Of a stretch of DNA of 64,000 nucleotides, positions 45,053 to 54,392 are shown one piece after another. Source of the DNA: Verrucomicrobia bacterium UBA1412. GTDB lineage: Bacteria; Verrucomicrobiota; Verrucomicrobiia; Limisphaerales; UBA1412. Each line of letters begins with the position of its first letter. The first letter of the stretch is position 1. A program made the translations under genes and the position numbers. The stretch is from the NCBI GenBank assembly GCA_002305615.1, contig DBPU01000025.1:12578-76577 (forward strand), given 5' to 3'. The notes under the pieces are model-generated. The model was not told the DNA's origin. It was given only the letters and a program-made list of their open reading frames with translations, and ran no database searches.

Positions 45053-46561
45053 TTGAATTCGAAAAAAGTTCAACCTGTTTCCAGTTGTCAGGGCTTTGCT
45101 CTCATCTTTGTCCTTTCGATTTTAATTCTAACAACAGGGACTCTCTTCTTTTTTATCTCGTTGACGGTTCGAGAGTCCCAAGTCGAAAGGTCTCTGATGC
45201 TGTCACGTTTTGCTCTGACGGCAGCTGAATCCGGAGCTAATGAGGCTCTGCAGTATTTGGTTTCCGCCAAGGTAGAGCCGACCTCATTGGAAGATGCTCC
45301 GATCAAGGAAAAGTTGGAGAAACGTTGGGTTACCAATGATGGACGCTATTCGGATTGGGGTTTCCCCACAAATGATAAACTCAGGATATTAGCTCAACCG
45401 GAGGAGCTTGGTGACGGGGATTTGTATTACGTATCGGGTTTCCACTCTCTTTCTGATGAGGAGTCTGAGATCTATTCTTTAGGGATCAATTATGCCGGTC
45501 AGAAAGAGCATCCCCTTTTGAGGCTCATTAGAATTGAGGCTGTGGAACAAGCCAATATCTCGACTAACTTTTTGCAGGGTGAACTCATCGCTACACGACG
45601 ATTTAACTTCTTGGGAGGGGTGAAGATTTCCGGCACCAACCAGCTGGATACGGAAGGAAAAACGAATCTCTTAATGACGGCGCTTTCAATAGCCTATCCC
45701 AATCAGGATCTTTTTTTGGGCAGCAATGTTATTCAGGGACACTACTTGATCAACGGCCCGCTTCCTCCTCCGGGGTTGGACGTTCCTCATGAAGAGGGTG
45801 AGGGAGAGACGAACAGCAACGAAGGCATCAAAGAAAACATCCTTGTGATAGGTTCGTCCGAATTTTTGGCTAATGAGAAACAGAGCTATGAAACAAACTA
45901 TCTGGTTACGAGATTGAACTGGGCTCCGTTTCCGCCACGGAAAGCTCCTGAGGAGGCCAGCTCTGCCGATGCGCCTTTGGTGAATATCGGAACGGAAGAG
46001 GCTCCGATCATGGCTTATCAGTTTGAAGCGGCAGGAGATTATAAAATTACTGCTCCTGAACCGTATCCCCTCATTTTAAAAAGTGGAGCTGTAATCAACT
46101 TGCGGCTTCCCCCTGAATATGCGCTGACAGAGCAGCCAATTACGATGGAAGAGGGGGCTCAGATGGTACTCTTTCCAACCGGGAATCTTACATTGGGAAC
46201 GCAAGCTTTTGCGACGGTCGAAAAAAACTGGAATCGCCTTACCGTTTGGGGGGGGGCGTTGGATACAGAACCTGTCCCGCGATTGGTTTTGCAGGGAACG
46301 CCGAACGCCTCTTTTTGTGCCCGAATTTATGCCCCGGCTACAGACGTAATCGTAACCAATGAGGTGAGTGTGGTTGGACTATTGGTGGGACGCGAAATAA
46401 CCATGTCTGAAAAGACTTCCTTTTTGGGTGATTTGCAAGCCAGGCTTCATCCTCTGATCGGCTCTCCCGCGCCTTTAAATACGACGAATTCCTTTTTCCG
46501 GATTAAAGCGTGGGAGGAGATCAGCTTGATAAAGGAAAAAGAGGTTCCGATCGAGGAGTGA
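45053..46561 (+). CDS. Hypothetical protein with a PilX_N/pseudopilin-like hydrophobic N-terminus
   Basis: TTG start inferred, because no in-frame ATG precedes the TM segment. QGFALIFVLSILILTTGTLFFFISL resembles PilX_N-type segments. The remaining ~450 aa are unrecognised. Confidence 0.6.
   Translation: MNSKKVQPVSSCQGFALIFVLSILILTTGTLFFFISLTVRESQVERSLMLSRFALTAAESGANEALQYLVSAKVEPTSLEDAPIKEKLEKRWVTNDGRYSDWGFPTNDKLRILAQPEELGDGDLYYVSGFHSLSDEESEIYSLGINYAGQKEHPLLRLIRIEAVEQANISTNFLQGELIATRRFNFLGGVKISGTNQLDTEGKTNLLMTALSIAYPNQDLFLGSNVIQGHYLINGPLPPPGLDVPHEEGEGETNSNEGIKENILVIGSSEFLANEKQSYETNYLVTRLNWAPFPPRKAPEEASSADAPLVNIGTEEAPIMAYQFEAAGDYKITAPEPYPLILKSGAVINLRLPPEYALTEQPITMEEGAQMVLFPTGNLTLGTQAFATVEKNWNRLTVWGGALDTEPVPRLVLQGTPNASFCARIYAPATDVIVTNEVSVVGLLVGREITMSEKTSFLGDLQARLHPLIGSPAPLNTTNSFFRIKAWEEISLIKEKEVPIEE
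46248..46256 (+). repeat. Homopolymer G9 inside the PilX_N-like gene
   Basis: accgttTGGGGGGGGGcgtt encodes W-G-G (TGG GGG GGG G). Confidence 0.95.
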
Positions 46562-46585
46562 AAAAGGACGCCTTCAGGCGTCCTT
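46561..46585 (-). terminator. Rho-independent terminator of the DUF1080 gene (abuts the stop of the convergent plus-strand gene)
   Basis: AAGGACGCC (46564-46572) pairs with GGCGTCCTT (46577-46585) across a 4-nt loop. On the minus strand the stem runs into UUUUU. There is no T-run on the plus strand. Confidence 0.7.
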
Positions 46586-46615
46586 GCTAAAATAGGAGAA
46601 AATCAAACTAGAGAG

Positions 46616-47659
46616 TTATTTCTCCAGTACCCATATATTTCTGAACTGAACTTTATCTCCATGATCCTGCAGGAGAATCCCGACTAAATCGCGTTCGGAA
46701 GGGTTAATAGCTCCTGGTGTAGCTTTGGACAGTTCCAGGTCCTGATGGATGGCGATGCCGTTATGTTTAATGGTCACACGGCCATTCTTGACTTTCTTGC
46801 CTTCCGCATCGAAACGGGCCATTGTGAAATCAATGTCATACGTCTGCCACTGCATCGGAGGGAAGCATGCGTTCACCGCCGGACGGCTGATCTGGTAAAT
46901 TCCACCGCATTCATTATCCCAACCGGGCAAGCCGTAACTGTCTAATACTTGCAGCTCATAGGAGCCGTTAATGTAGACGCCGCTATTGCCGCGCGCTTGG
47001 CCGAAACGGTCCGGGTAAAAAGGAGAGCGAAACTCCAAGTGCAGGGTGCAATCTCCAAATCCTTTTTTAGGAATGATGTTGCCACCGTTGACTTCGAGGG
47101 CTCCGCCTTCTTTGATTTCCCAGCGGATAGGTTGATTATTACCGTGTTCTACAAAGTTTTCTTTGCTTTTCTCCGTCCCGTCAAACAGAACTACGGCGCC
47201 TTCCGGCGGCTTAAGTCCGATAGTCGGAGAGGTGCGGGTTGTTTTTTTGAACGTAAAGGAGCCTTCCTGTTTGCCAGCGATGACTCCACTGAGATTACCT
47301 TTAGAAATGGTTCCGGACCAGAGATTGGCATCCAGAACAACTCCGCCGGAGGCAGCTTTTTGGACCTTATCCAAGCTGAAAGCATCGTTGTCCAGGAATT
47401 TGATTTCTGCCTTGTCCGGGTCTCCTTTGATCGTTCCGGTGATGAAGAATAGAGGTTGATCCTGTTTACCTAATTCCTCAAAGAAACGAGCTTCATAGCG
47501 ATCATTTCCCAGGGGGATCATGCAGAGGGTAACCTCTTTCTCGCTGGAACCCAGTTTTACTGAACCTTTCCAATCTCCCAAAAAAGAATCCACAGGTGCC
47601 TCTGCCATAGCCTGGAGGCTGAGGCAAGCCCCCAATAATAAAATTGATTGTAACTTCAT
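46616..47659 (-). CDS. DUF1080 (3-keto-disaccharide hydrolase fold) domain protein, secreted
   Basis: Signal peptide [14 protein letters not shown]-terminal signature LHLEFRSP...[20 protein letters not shown]...ECGGIYQ...WQTYDIDF...[17 protein letters not shown]. Confidence 0.85.
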   Translation of the reverse strand: MKLQSILLLGACLSLQAMAEAPVDSFLGDWKGSVKLGSSEKEVTLCMIPLGNDRYEARFFEELGKQDQPLFFITGTIKGDPDKAEIKFLDNDAFSLDKVQKAASGGVVLDANLWSGTISKGNLSGVIAGKQEGSFTFKKTTRTSPTIGLKPPEGAVVLFDGTEKSKENFVEHGNNQPIRWEIKEGGALEVNGGNIIPKKGFGDCTLHLEFRSPFYPDRFGQARGNSGVYINGSYELQVLDSYGLPGWDNECGGIYQISRPAVNACFPPMQWQTYDIDFTMARFDAEGKKVKNGRVTIKHNGIAIHQDLELSKATPGAINPSERDLVGILLQDHGDKVQFRNIWVLEK

Positions 47660-47766
47660 ACGTGGAGGATTTGACCAAAAACAGGGGTGGAAAGCAAAGA
47701 CAATCTTCTCCGCCGCCGGGTTTAAGTCTCTTTACAACGGAAGGTGAAGTGTTTATCTTTTGCGGG

Positions 47767-48129
47767 ATGGGTTTTATTGACTTATTAAAATTCAATGCAG
47801 ATGGCCTCATACCAGCGATAGTGCAAGATGCTCAAAATGGGCAGGTTTTGATGATGGCCTGGATGAATAAAGAATCTGTGGAAAGAACAATTAAGGAAGG
47901 ACATACCGTTTTCTGGAGCCGGTCCCGCAAGGAGTATTGGGTCAAAGGCCAGACCAGCGGGCATTTTCAGAAGGTTGTTTCGCTTTCTTTCGATTGTGAT
48001 GGCGATACGCTTTTGGTTAAGGTTAACCAGACAGGCGCCGCCTGCCACGAGTATTATAAATCCTGCTTCTTTAGAACAGTGAACCCGGATGGTTCTTGGT
48101 ATATCAATTCTGAAAAGCTGGAGAAATAG
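47767..48129 (+). CDS. hisI: Phosphoribosyl-AMP cyclohydrolase (monofunctional)
   Basis: Trimmed to ATG 47767. [24 protein letters not shown]...[21 protein letters not shown]...[19 protein letters not shown]. No fused HisE domain and no other his genes nearby. Confidence 0.88.
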   Translation: MGFIDLLKFNADGLIPAIVQDAQNGQVLMMAWMNKESVERTIKEGHTVFWSRSRKEYWVKGQTSGHFQKVVSLSFDCDGDTLLVKVNQTGAACHEYYKSCFFRTVNPDGSWYINSEKLEK

Positions 48130-48165
48130 GTTTTCTTGTTTAGTATAAACCTCTTCGCTTCGACT

Positions 48166-49698
48166 TTATATCCTGCGGTTTTGGCGGCTGGTATGAGTCG
48201 AAGTTTTTTGTTTTGCCGATGAATGGGTGAGGTCGCTCTCAATAAGATTATGGGCGGTCTCGGAGGGGAACCCTCGAACGGTAACTAGAAATTCTTCAAG
48301 CAACCGAGCTAACCGTGGCAGAGCAATTTCACTCTGCCGGTTTAATTTCTCGAAGAGCCAGCGAGAGCATTCCATGAAACCGGCAAATGCAGAGTCCTGG
48401 GATTGCCAGATTAGAGGGGAGCTCTGGATGAAGCGCCCGCTGTTTTGAATCAAATCCCAGAATCGTGCGAATCGCTTCAGATCACATATTTCCTCATAGG
48501 AGATATGGCTGGTTTTGAGAACATCATAGGGAGGCAGAGGCGAGTAAACCATTCCCCATTCTTCTGTATGGCGGTCAATGGGAGCCCCACGCAGACGCTT
48601 CAAAATTCCCACCTGTATTTCCTGGGGATTCCACGAAAGCAAGGTGTCAAATCCTAGAGCAAAGCTTTCCACGTCTTCGCCGGGCAATCCGACAATCAAA
48701 TCCGCGTGGACGTGGACTCCCGTGTTTTCGCGAATCCAGCGAATATTTTTTTCCGCAAGCAGGATTTCTTTTTTCTTCAGAGCGATTTTCGAGTCTTTGT
48801 CCTGTGATTGATTTTGAACCGAACTTTCAGCGATATGAGTGCGTGAGATGCGGAGAGAAACCTCGGAGTTTAATGTTTGAATGCCGATCTCTAACTGGAT
48901 ACTTCCCGGAGGAAATTGTACCAGAAGTTTTTTTAGATCCTCAGGAAGTAAATGGGGCACCATCTCAAAATGCAGGAAGAGACCGGGCCGAAGGCGATCC
49001 AGAAAAAACTGCAGAAGCTCGCATGTATAGGGGGTATTGATATTAAAAGTACGGTCAGTGAACTTAAACTGAGTAGCCCCACGTTTCAGAAGGGATTCCA
49101 ATGCAGAAAAGAGTTTTTCCCGATTGAAAAAGCGCACTCTTTTATCCAGGCAGGAGAGGCAAAATTCGCAGCCGAAGGGGCAGCCTCGAGAACTCTCGAT
49201 ATAAAGAATGCGATTGAGAATGTCAGCTTCTGTATAAAGATCGTATGGAAGCTCCAGAGTGTCCAGGAGAGGCTGCTCCTCAAAAATAACTTTATTCTCG
49301 GGGTAGCAGCCGGAGAGAATTTGCCTGCATATTTTGGGGAAAGATATTTCTGATTCTCCGCAGAGGATATAGTCGGCAAATTGTGCTACAGGTGGGTGGT
49401 CCTTGGGAAAGCTGACCTCCGGCCCACCCAAAAGGAGGGTTATTTCAGGGCTTATTCTTTTAACGAGTCGGACGACTTCAGTGACCAACTCCACGTTCCA
49501 AATATAGACTCCAAATGCGAGAATTTTGGGATGATCTTTGAGAATCTGCTCAGCAATCTCGGGCGCGCGTCTGCGAATATCAAACTCGAACAATTTAGCA
49601 CGAGACTTCAGCTCTCCCGCGTTGGCCAGAAGGCTTCGTTGCCCTATGCTTGAGTGAATATATTTGGCATTGATCGCAACTAAGAGAATATCCGGCAC
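48166..49698 (-). CDS. B12-binding-domain radical SAM protein (DUF4080-type architecture)
   Basis: N-terminal cobalamin-binding-like domain, cluster motif CPFGCEFC (CxxxCxxC), and a long C-terminal extension. The DUF4080 assignment is from memory of this architecture. Confidence 0.75.
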   Translation of the reverse strand: MPDILLVAINAKYIHSSIGQRSLLANAGELKSRAKLFEFDIRRRAPEIAEQILKDHPKILAFGVYIWNVELVTEVVRLVKRISPEITLLLGGPEVSFPKDHPPVAQFADYILCGESEISFPKICRQILSGCYPENKVIFEEQPLLDTLELPYDLYTEADILNRILYIESSRGCPFGCEFCLSCLDKRVRFFNREKLFSALESLLKRGATQFKFTDRTFNINTPYTCELLQFFLDRLRPGLFLHFEMVPHLLPEDLKKLLVQFPPGSIQLEIGIQTLNSEVSLRISRTHIAESSVQNQSQDKDSKIALKKKEILLAEKNIRWIRENTGVHVHADLIVGLPGEDVESFALGFDTLLSWNPQEIQVGILKRLRGAPIDRHTEEWGMVYSPLPPYDVLKTSHISYEEICDLKRFARFWDLIQNSGRFIQSSPLIWQSQDSAFAGFMECSRWLFEKLNRQSEIALPRLARLLEEFLVTVRGFPSETAHNLIESDLTHSSAKQKTSTHTSRQNRRI

Positions 49699-49721
49699 GG
49701 CAAAATCCAGAGAGGGGTCAG

Positions 49722-50555
49722 TTAATGCTCCCAGCGTTTGACTCCATATTGTTTGAGCATTTTGATGGAAACCTTGAAATCTTTGGGTAGTGGCGACTCA
49801 ATGACAATAGAAGGAGAGCTTCCGGGATGAGGAATTTCAACTCGAGAGCAGTGCAATGCGGCGCGTCCCATAAGGGGGCGTTCTTCATGTTTGGTGCTGG
49901 GATGATACTTGGGCTTAAGTGAAGACAGGTAAAGAGGTCTGCCATGGTAGAAAGAGTCACATACGGCAGGGCATTTGATATAGCGAAGGTGAGCCCGGAT
50001 TTGGAGGTATCGCTCCGTGACGGGGTAACATTCGAGCAGGGAGTAGCCGCTATAGCTCTCTAAAATTTTAAAGCGGGTAATACTCTTTTTTCCTCTTTTC
50101 ACATCGACTTTCATCAAGTCAGATCGTCTGGGGTGGGGGGTCAATCCGGCCTGGATAGTGAATTCATCCTTGAGCGGTTTTCCATGCACCAAGGCGTGAT
50201 ATGTGCGGAACTCCTTTTCACTTCCCAAGAGGTTTTTCAAACACTCTTGAGCTTTTTGCGTCTTGGTGAAAATGAGAACGCCACTGGTATCTGCATCTAG
50301 GGGGTAAAGGCAGTTTAAAGCGGTCAGGCCTTCGCGGGATGAGACCCAGGCAGCCTTACGCTCAATATCTCTAGCAAAGAGACTTTGAATATTGAGTGCT
50401 TCTACGAGAGAATAATTTTGAACGGCCAGCAGATTTGAAGGCTTGTCTATTACGAGTAAATCCCCATCCTCAAAAAGAACGGGGATTTCCCAATAGTGAG
50501 AGCGAATCTCGCTTTCCTTCGTTGCTGGCGACGATAGTTTGATGATGTCGCCCAT
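49722..50555 (-). CDS. RluA-family pseudouridine synthase
   Basis: LLVIDKPSNLL and YPLDADTSGVLIFTK (the RluA catalytic Asp motif), 277 aa. No N-terminal S4 domain is evident. Confidence 0.78.
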   Translation of the reverse strand: MGDIIKLSSPATKESEIRSHYWEIPVLFEDGDLLVIDKPSNLLAVQNYSLVEALNIQSLFARDIERKAAWVSSREGLTALNCLYPLDADTSGVLIFTKTQKAQECLKNLLGSEKEFRTYHALVHGKPLKDEFTIQAGLTPHPRRSDLMKVDVKRGKKSITRFKILESYSGYSLLECYPVTERYLQIRAHLRYIKCPAVCDSFYHGRPLYLSSLKPKYHPSTKHEERPLMGRAALHCSRVEIPHPGSSPSIVIESPLPKDFKVSIKMLKQYGVKRWEH

Positions 50556-50570
50556 TAAATAAAATTCTGA

Positions 50571-52397
50571 TTAATTGGTAGATGGCGCCGCAGGAGGAGT
50601 GACAACCAGCTTTGCGGGCGCGTTTGTTGTGCCAGAGACAGGAGTCCACTGATTGGTTGAGGCGTTTGCTTGAGCTTCTGCTTCGCGAGCAGCCTGTTCC
50701 TGAGCTTCCTGTTTCTTCTTTTCAATATCCCTGGCCGTCTCAAAATTGGCTTTATCGTATTCCTGCATGAACCACTCGGTGAAAACGCTTTGGAGGTTAT
50801 CAGCAAGCAGCCCCTTGGTATAGTTTGCCAGTTCGGCTTCCACAACCGCAGGATCGGCAGGTTTGCGTTCCTTTAAATAAACAACGGCTGCTGCGGCATT
50901 CGTGGAAAGAGGCGAAGCCGGGATAATAGGTGAGCAGACAGAAGGTGCTGTCTTGAAAGAAACGGCATTTTTGATCTGCCACCACTGAGCCGGGAGTTCG
51001 ATATCCACGCCCTTGGCATCGGCGGTAAATTCAGGAATGGCCATGAACTGAGCCTTGGATTCGGTAGTGGCTTCCTGGAAGCTCTTGCCTGAAGCCAGCA
51101 GGTTCGTCACACTTGTCGCGAAAGCCCGGGCTGCAGCATTGCATGCCTTCACTGCTTCGGCCTTTTTGTAATCTTCCAAAACTTTATCGGCTACCTCAGA
51201 ATACTCGGGAGTTTTTGATTCAATCTTGCTGGCAAAACAGATCGCGTAGACATTGGTCTGTCCGACAATCGGAGGAATCACGGCATTAGTGGGAGAGAGG
51301 TTCCAAGCTGCTTGTGTAAACGAGGCAGGGAAATCCAACGCTTCGGGCTTGCCATCGGTTCTTGAGAATGGCTCGCTGAGCTTGGGAGTTAATCCTTTGG
51401 CTTTGGCCGCGTCCATATAATCCTGCTCGGTAAACTTCTGTGCCGCAAAGTAGGTGTTAACAAACTCAGCTGCTGCAGAGCGCGCTGCACGCAAAGAGTA
51501 ACCTTTCTGAATTTCTGCAATTATTTTCTCCTTAGCTGCCGCCTCAGAAAGGGTTTTCCCTTCTCCATCAACGTAGAGCTCAGGATCATTTTCTTTATAA
51601 ATTTTATCTGCAAACTCAGCCACGGATACCTTTTCTTTTTTGGTAAAAAGAGCCATCCCGGCATCAAAATAATTTGTGGCGGGAAACTCAATATAATGAA
51701 CCTGCATTTTTTCCGGAATTCGATAGGAGGACATCCGGTTAGTGTAGTGTTGCTGGAGATCAGCCTCAGCTATATTTTCCAACGAAGCCAGGAAGTTTGA
51801 AAGAGGGAAGGTGGCCAGCTCAGCTACATAAATTTCCTTCTGAGCCTGAAGCGAAGTAGTCGCATAACGAGGAGAGACCATAGCACCAGGCAGACCCACA
51901 GTAGTGATGAGCTGCTTGATGGCCATTTCGCTTTTGGCGAGCCCTTCAAGCATATATTTGCTGTATCCGGAGGGTGTTAGGACATTTGTGACAAAGCGCT
52001 CGTAGAGGGCCGGGGAATAATTACCCGCTTTATCTTTAAAGATGGGCAGGCTTTGAAGCCAGATGGTAGCTGCTTCAGAGCTCACTCTAATGCCGGTTTT
52101 TGCAGCACGATCCTTCAGGATGAGGCGCTGCTTAGCTTCGTTTTCTCCATCCCAGCCACCACGGCCTTCCTGAGGCCTCTGGCCGTTATTCAGGAAATAA
52201 AGGAGGTCTGCCTCGAAATAAGCGGCTCTGAACGTGTCACTATCAACAGGTTTACCATCCATTCGACCCACAGTGGTAGCGCTAGCCTCAGGATTCCGAT
52301 TTACATCGGGCGAGAAGAAAATAACAAAGGAGATGATCACCACAATGATGAGGATACCCCACAACCAAGTTTTATGCTGTCTTAATGTTCTAAACAT
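50571..52397 (-). CDS. PpiD/SurA_N-like periplasmic chaperone, membrane anchored
   Basis: N-terminal anchor WLWGILIIVVIISFVIFF, a long SurA_N-like helical region, and a Glu/Ala/Gln-rich C-terminal tail. I do not see a clear parvulin signature. Confidence 0.65.
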   Translation of the reverse strand: MFRTLRQHKTWLWGILIIVVIISFVIFFSPDVNRNPEASATTVGRMDGKPVDSDTFRAAYFEADLLYFLNNGQRPQEGRGGWDGENEAKQRLILKDRAAKTGIRVSSEAATIWLQSLPIFKDKAGNYSPALYERFVTNVLTPSGYSKYMLEGLAKSEMAIKQLITTVGLPGAMVSPRYATTSLQAQKEIYVAELATFPLSNFLASLENIAEADLQQHYTNRMSSYRIPEKMQVHYIEFPATNYFDAGMALFTKKEKVSVAEFADKIYKENDPELYVDGEGKTLSEAAAKEKIIAEIQKGYSLRAARSAAAEFVNTYFAAQKFTEQDYMDAAKAKGLTPKLSEPFSRTDGKPEALDFPASFTQAAWNLSPTNAVIPPIVGQTNVYAICFASKIESKTPEYSEVADKVLEDYKKAEAVKACNAAARAFATSVTNLLASGKSFQEATTESKAQFMAIPEFTADAKGVDIELPAQWWQIKNAVSFKTAPSVCSPIIPASPLSTNAAAAVVYLKERKPADPAVVEAELANYTKGLLADNLQSVFTEWFMQEYDKANFETARDIEKKKQEAQEQAAREAEAQANASTNQWTPVSGTTNAPAKLVVTPPAAPSTN

Positions 52398-52675
52398 AAA
52401 GCCCCTTATCCATAGCTGAGTGTCGACGGCAGGTCAATTCAAAAAACAGAAACGTGAGAAAAAGTCTGAAAAGAAGCCGTAATAAAATAAAAAATACGAT
52501 GATACAGTCTTTCGATATTCCTTGACTCTCTGGGGGCGTTTTTTCATGTAACACGACAACAAAATACGGCCCCCAAGCTCAGGGTGACGCCATTTGTACC
52601 CATATTTTACAAGGATTTTTGCGGATTTCTATCGGGAGAAATCTTTATAGCACGCTTAATATCCTCATGATATCG

Positions 52676-52740
52676 AGAAAAAACGATCAAACCAGGGATG
52701 ATTAAACACAGCAAGATGTTTTTTCCCTGGTCTGGTTTGT
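52676..52740 (-). terminator. Candidate terminator after the permease gene
   Basis: On the minus strand: CAAACCAGACCAGGGA ... UCCCUGGUUUG, with 7 bp CCAGGGA/UCCCUGG plus CAAA/UUUG across a bulge, and an inner AAACA/UGUUU pairing. Followed by AUCG and U6 (plus-strand A6 at 52678-52683). Confidence 0.4.
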
Positions 52741-52817
52741 ACTGTTCCTCGCAAAAATCAATGCGATAGGAGGAAAAGACTCATTTTTCTCACTGTTAAG
52801 AAGCGGATTTTTCGGGA

Positions 52818-54392
52818 TTAAGTGACATCTTTTTTTGAAAAAGAGTTTTCCCTTTTTGAAAAGAATTGAAGCCCCACAAAGAGTAATGCGGTAAATCCGT
52901 AAGCAATGACGAATTGAGGCGCGGCATTTAAAGTGTAGAGACTGTCTATTCCACGTTCGGTCAATGTGAAGGCATGGATAATCCCAAAATAGGATAATAG
53001 AGCGGCAACGGCACACCAGGCAGCGGCTTTGAGGAACTGGCGCTCAATACAAAAAACGCAAATCGCCGACAGGAGAATCCCCGTAAGGATGAAGCCCTGG
53101 CTCAAAGCGATGAGGCCGTAAATGTAAAGGCTGTCGCCAAATTTAGGAGCCACATCAAAGAGCGTTGTGCCGGCCTTTTGTAAAGCGGTTTCAATTTCAA
53201 GGAGTACCCATGCCGCTATACAGGGGATGAGCCCTATACTCACCGCCATGGCATGGCGGGACGGACTGGCTTGAAAAGCTTGAGCGGTCATAATGAGCCC
53301 AATCCAGAGGAGAATTCCCAAAAGCGCCTCCAGAGGGACCACTTTGAGGATCAATGTGATGCCTCCGATAAAAACGAGAATGGTCACGATTACCCCGTTC
53401 AGAATTGAATATCCGTGGCGTGCGCCCATTTGTTTCCATCCGGGATGTCCAATATAAATCGTCGTGGGGAAAGGAGAACCGAAGAGTGCGGCGGTCATAC
53501 TTCCCAATCCGTTTACCAGCAGGCTGGGGCGGGTTGGAAAATGGTCTCCTCCGGCGTCAGCGCTTTCCAGATTTTCCAGAGAACCGACTACGCTGAAGAT
53601 AGCCATAGGGATAATGATTGCAAAATACTGCCAACCATCACCCGAAAGAATGAAAGCGAAAAGATCACCGCATACGGGTATGGGCAGGTAAAGCTTTGGC
53701 TCCCAAGGTTCTGCCAGCGGAACAAAAAAATCATATCCCATCCAGCGTGATATCCAGGCCGCGAGAGTTCCCATCAGGACGGCAATCATCCCTCCGGGAA
53801 TACGGCCGGGAAAATTGATTTTTGCGCCGTAGATGGCAATCAGGAGAAAGGCAGGTGCTAATGCTATTATGGGACTGGAGAATATCTGAAAGACAAATCC
53901 CATGGCGATGAAAGAAATAGCGACTCCGGCCAAAGCTGAAAGGAGGGCGGCTCGAGGCGCATTTTTTCTCAACCAATCACAGCAGTATGCGCCTATGGTC
54001 TCCAGAATTCCGCTGATAAAGCAGGCAAATACGCCAGTTTTCCAAGCAAGAATGGGGTCTCCGGTTTTCTGATAAACTGGCCCCATAATTAGGAAAATAA
54101 AGGCAACAACAGTAGTGGTGTTGACTCCATAGGGCAGAGCTGTGATTGCCGGGTTTCCCGTTTTAATAGCCAGTTTGCGGGCCTGCCAGGCGTAAAACAG
54201 ATTGCCGAATATCAGAGAAACTGCGGCCCCGGTCATGACCTGACCATTGAGCAGCTTAGAATCAAAACCGCAGACTGTGGTGCAAAGCACTATAATCAGC
54301 ATAAGTTGGAGGAGATTATCTGTAAAGAGACCGAAGAATCCATCCACATCTCCACTGACGAACCAAGGGATATTTTTTTTACTCATTAACAT
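52818..54392 (-). CDS. Polytopic membrane permease, probably NCS2 / xanthine-uracil-vitamin C permease superfamily
   Basis: 524 aa with ~12-14 hydrophobic helices. The N-terminal DVDGFFGLFTDNLLQL and overall Gly/Ala-rich helices recall putative purine/NCS2-type permeases. The family call is tentative. Confidence 0.5.
   Translation of the reverse strand: MLMSKKNIPWFVSGDVDGFFGLFTDNLLQLMLIIVLCTTVCGFDSKLLNGQVMTGAAVSLIFGNLFYAWQARKLAIKTGNPAITALPYGVNTTTVVAFIFLIMGPVYQKTGDPILAWKTGVFACFISGILETIGAYCCDWLRKNAPRAALLSALAGVAISFIAMGFVFQIFSSPIIALAPAFLLIAIYGAKINFPGRIPGGMIAVLMGTLAAWISRWMGYDFFVPLAEPWEPKLYLPIPVCGDLFAFILSGDGWQYFAIIIPMAIFSVVGSLENLESADAGGDHFPTRPSLLVNGLGSMTAALFGSPFPTTIYIGHPGWKQMGARHGYSILNGVIVTILVFIGGITLILKVVPLEALLGILLWIGLIMTAQAFQASPSRHAMAVSIGLIPCIAAWVLLEIETALQKAGTTLFDVAPKFGDSLYIYGLIALSQGFILTGILLSAICVFCIERQFLKAAAWCAVAALLSYFGIIHAFTLTERGIDSLYTLNAAPQFVIAYGFTALLFVGLQFFSKRENSFSKKDVT

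Noticed and set aside
50555-50845. 96-aa minus-strand ORF ending exactly at the RluA-family gene start
   Set aside because: It lies entirely within the 3' end of the ppiD-like gene in another frame. Its Arg/Lys/Gln-rich product comes from the Glu/Ala/Gln-rich tail region, so it is a frame-shadow ORF.
52398-52817. Known housekeeping RNAs (RNase P RNA, tmRNA, SRP RNA, 6S) in the large intergenic gap
   Set aside because: There is no GAGGAAAGTCC-type RNase P core, no tmRNA acceptor or resume-codon features, and no SRP GGAAGCAG-type domain IV string. 6S cannot be excluded by eye.
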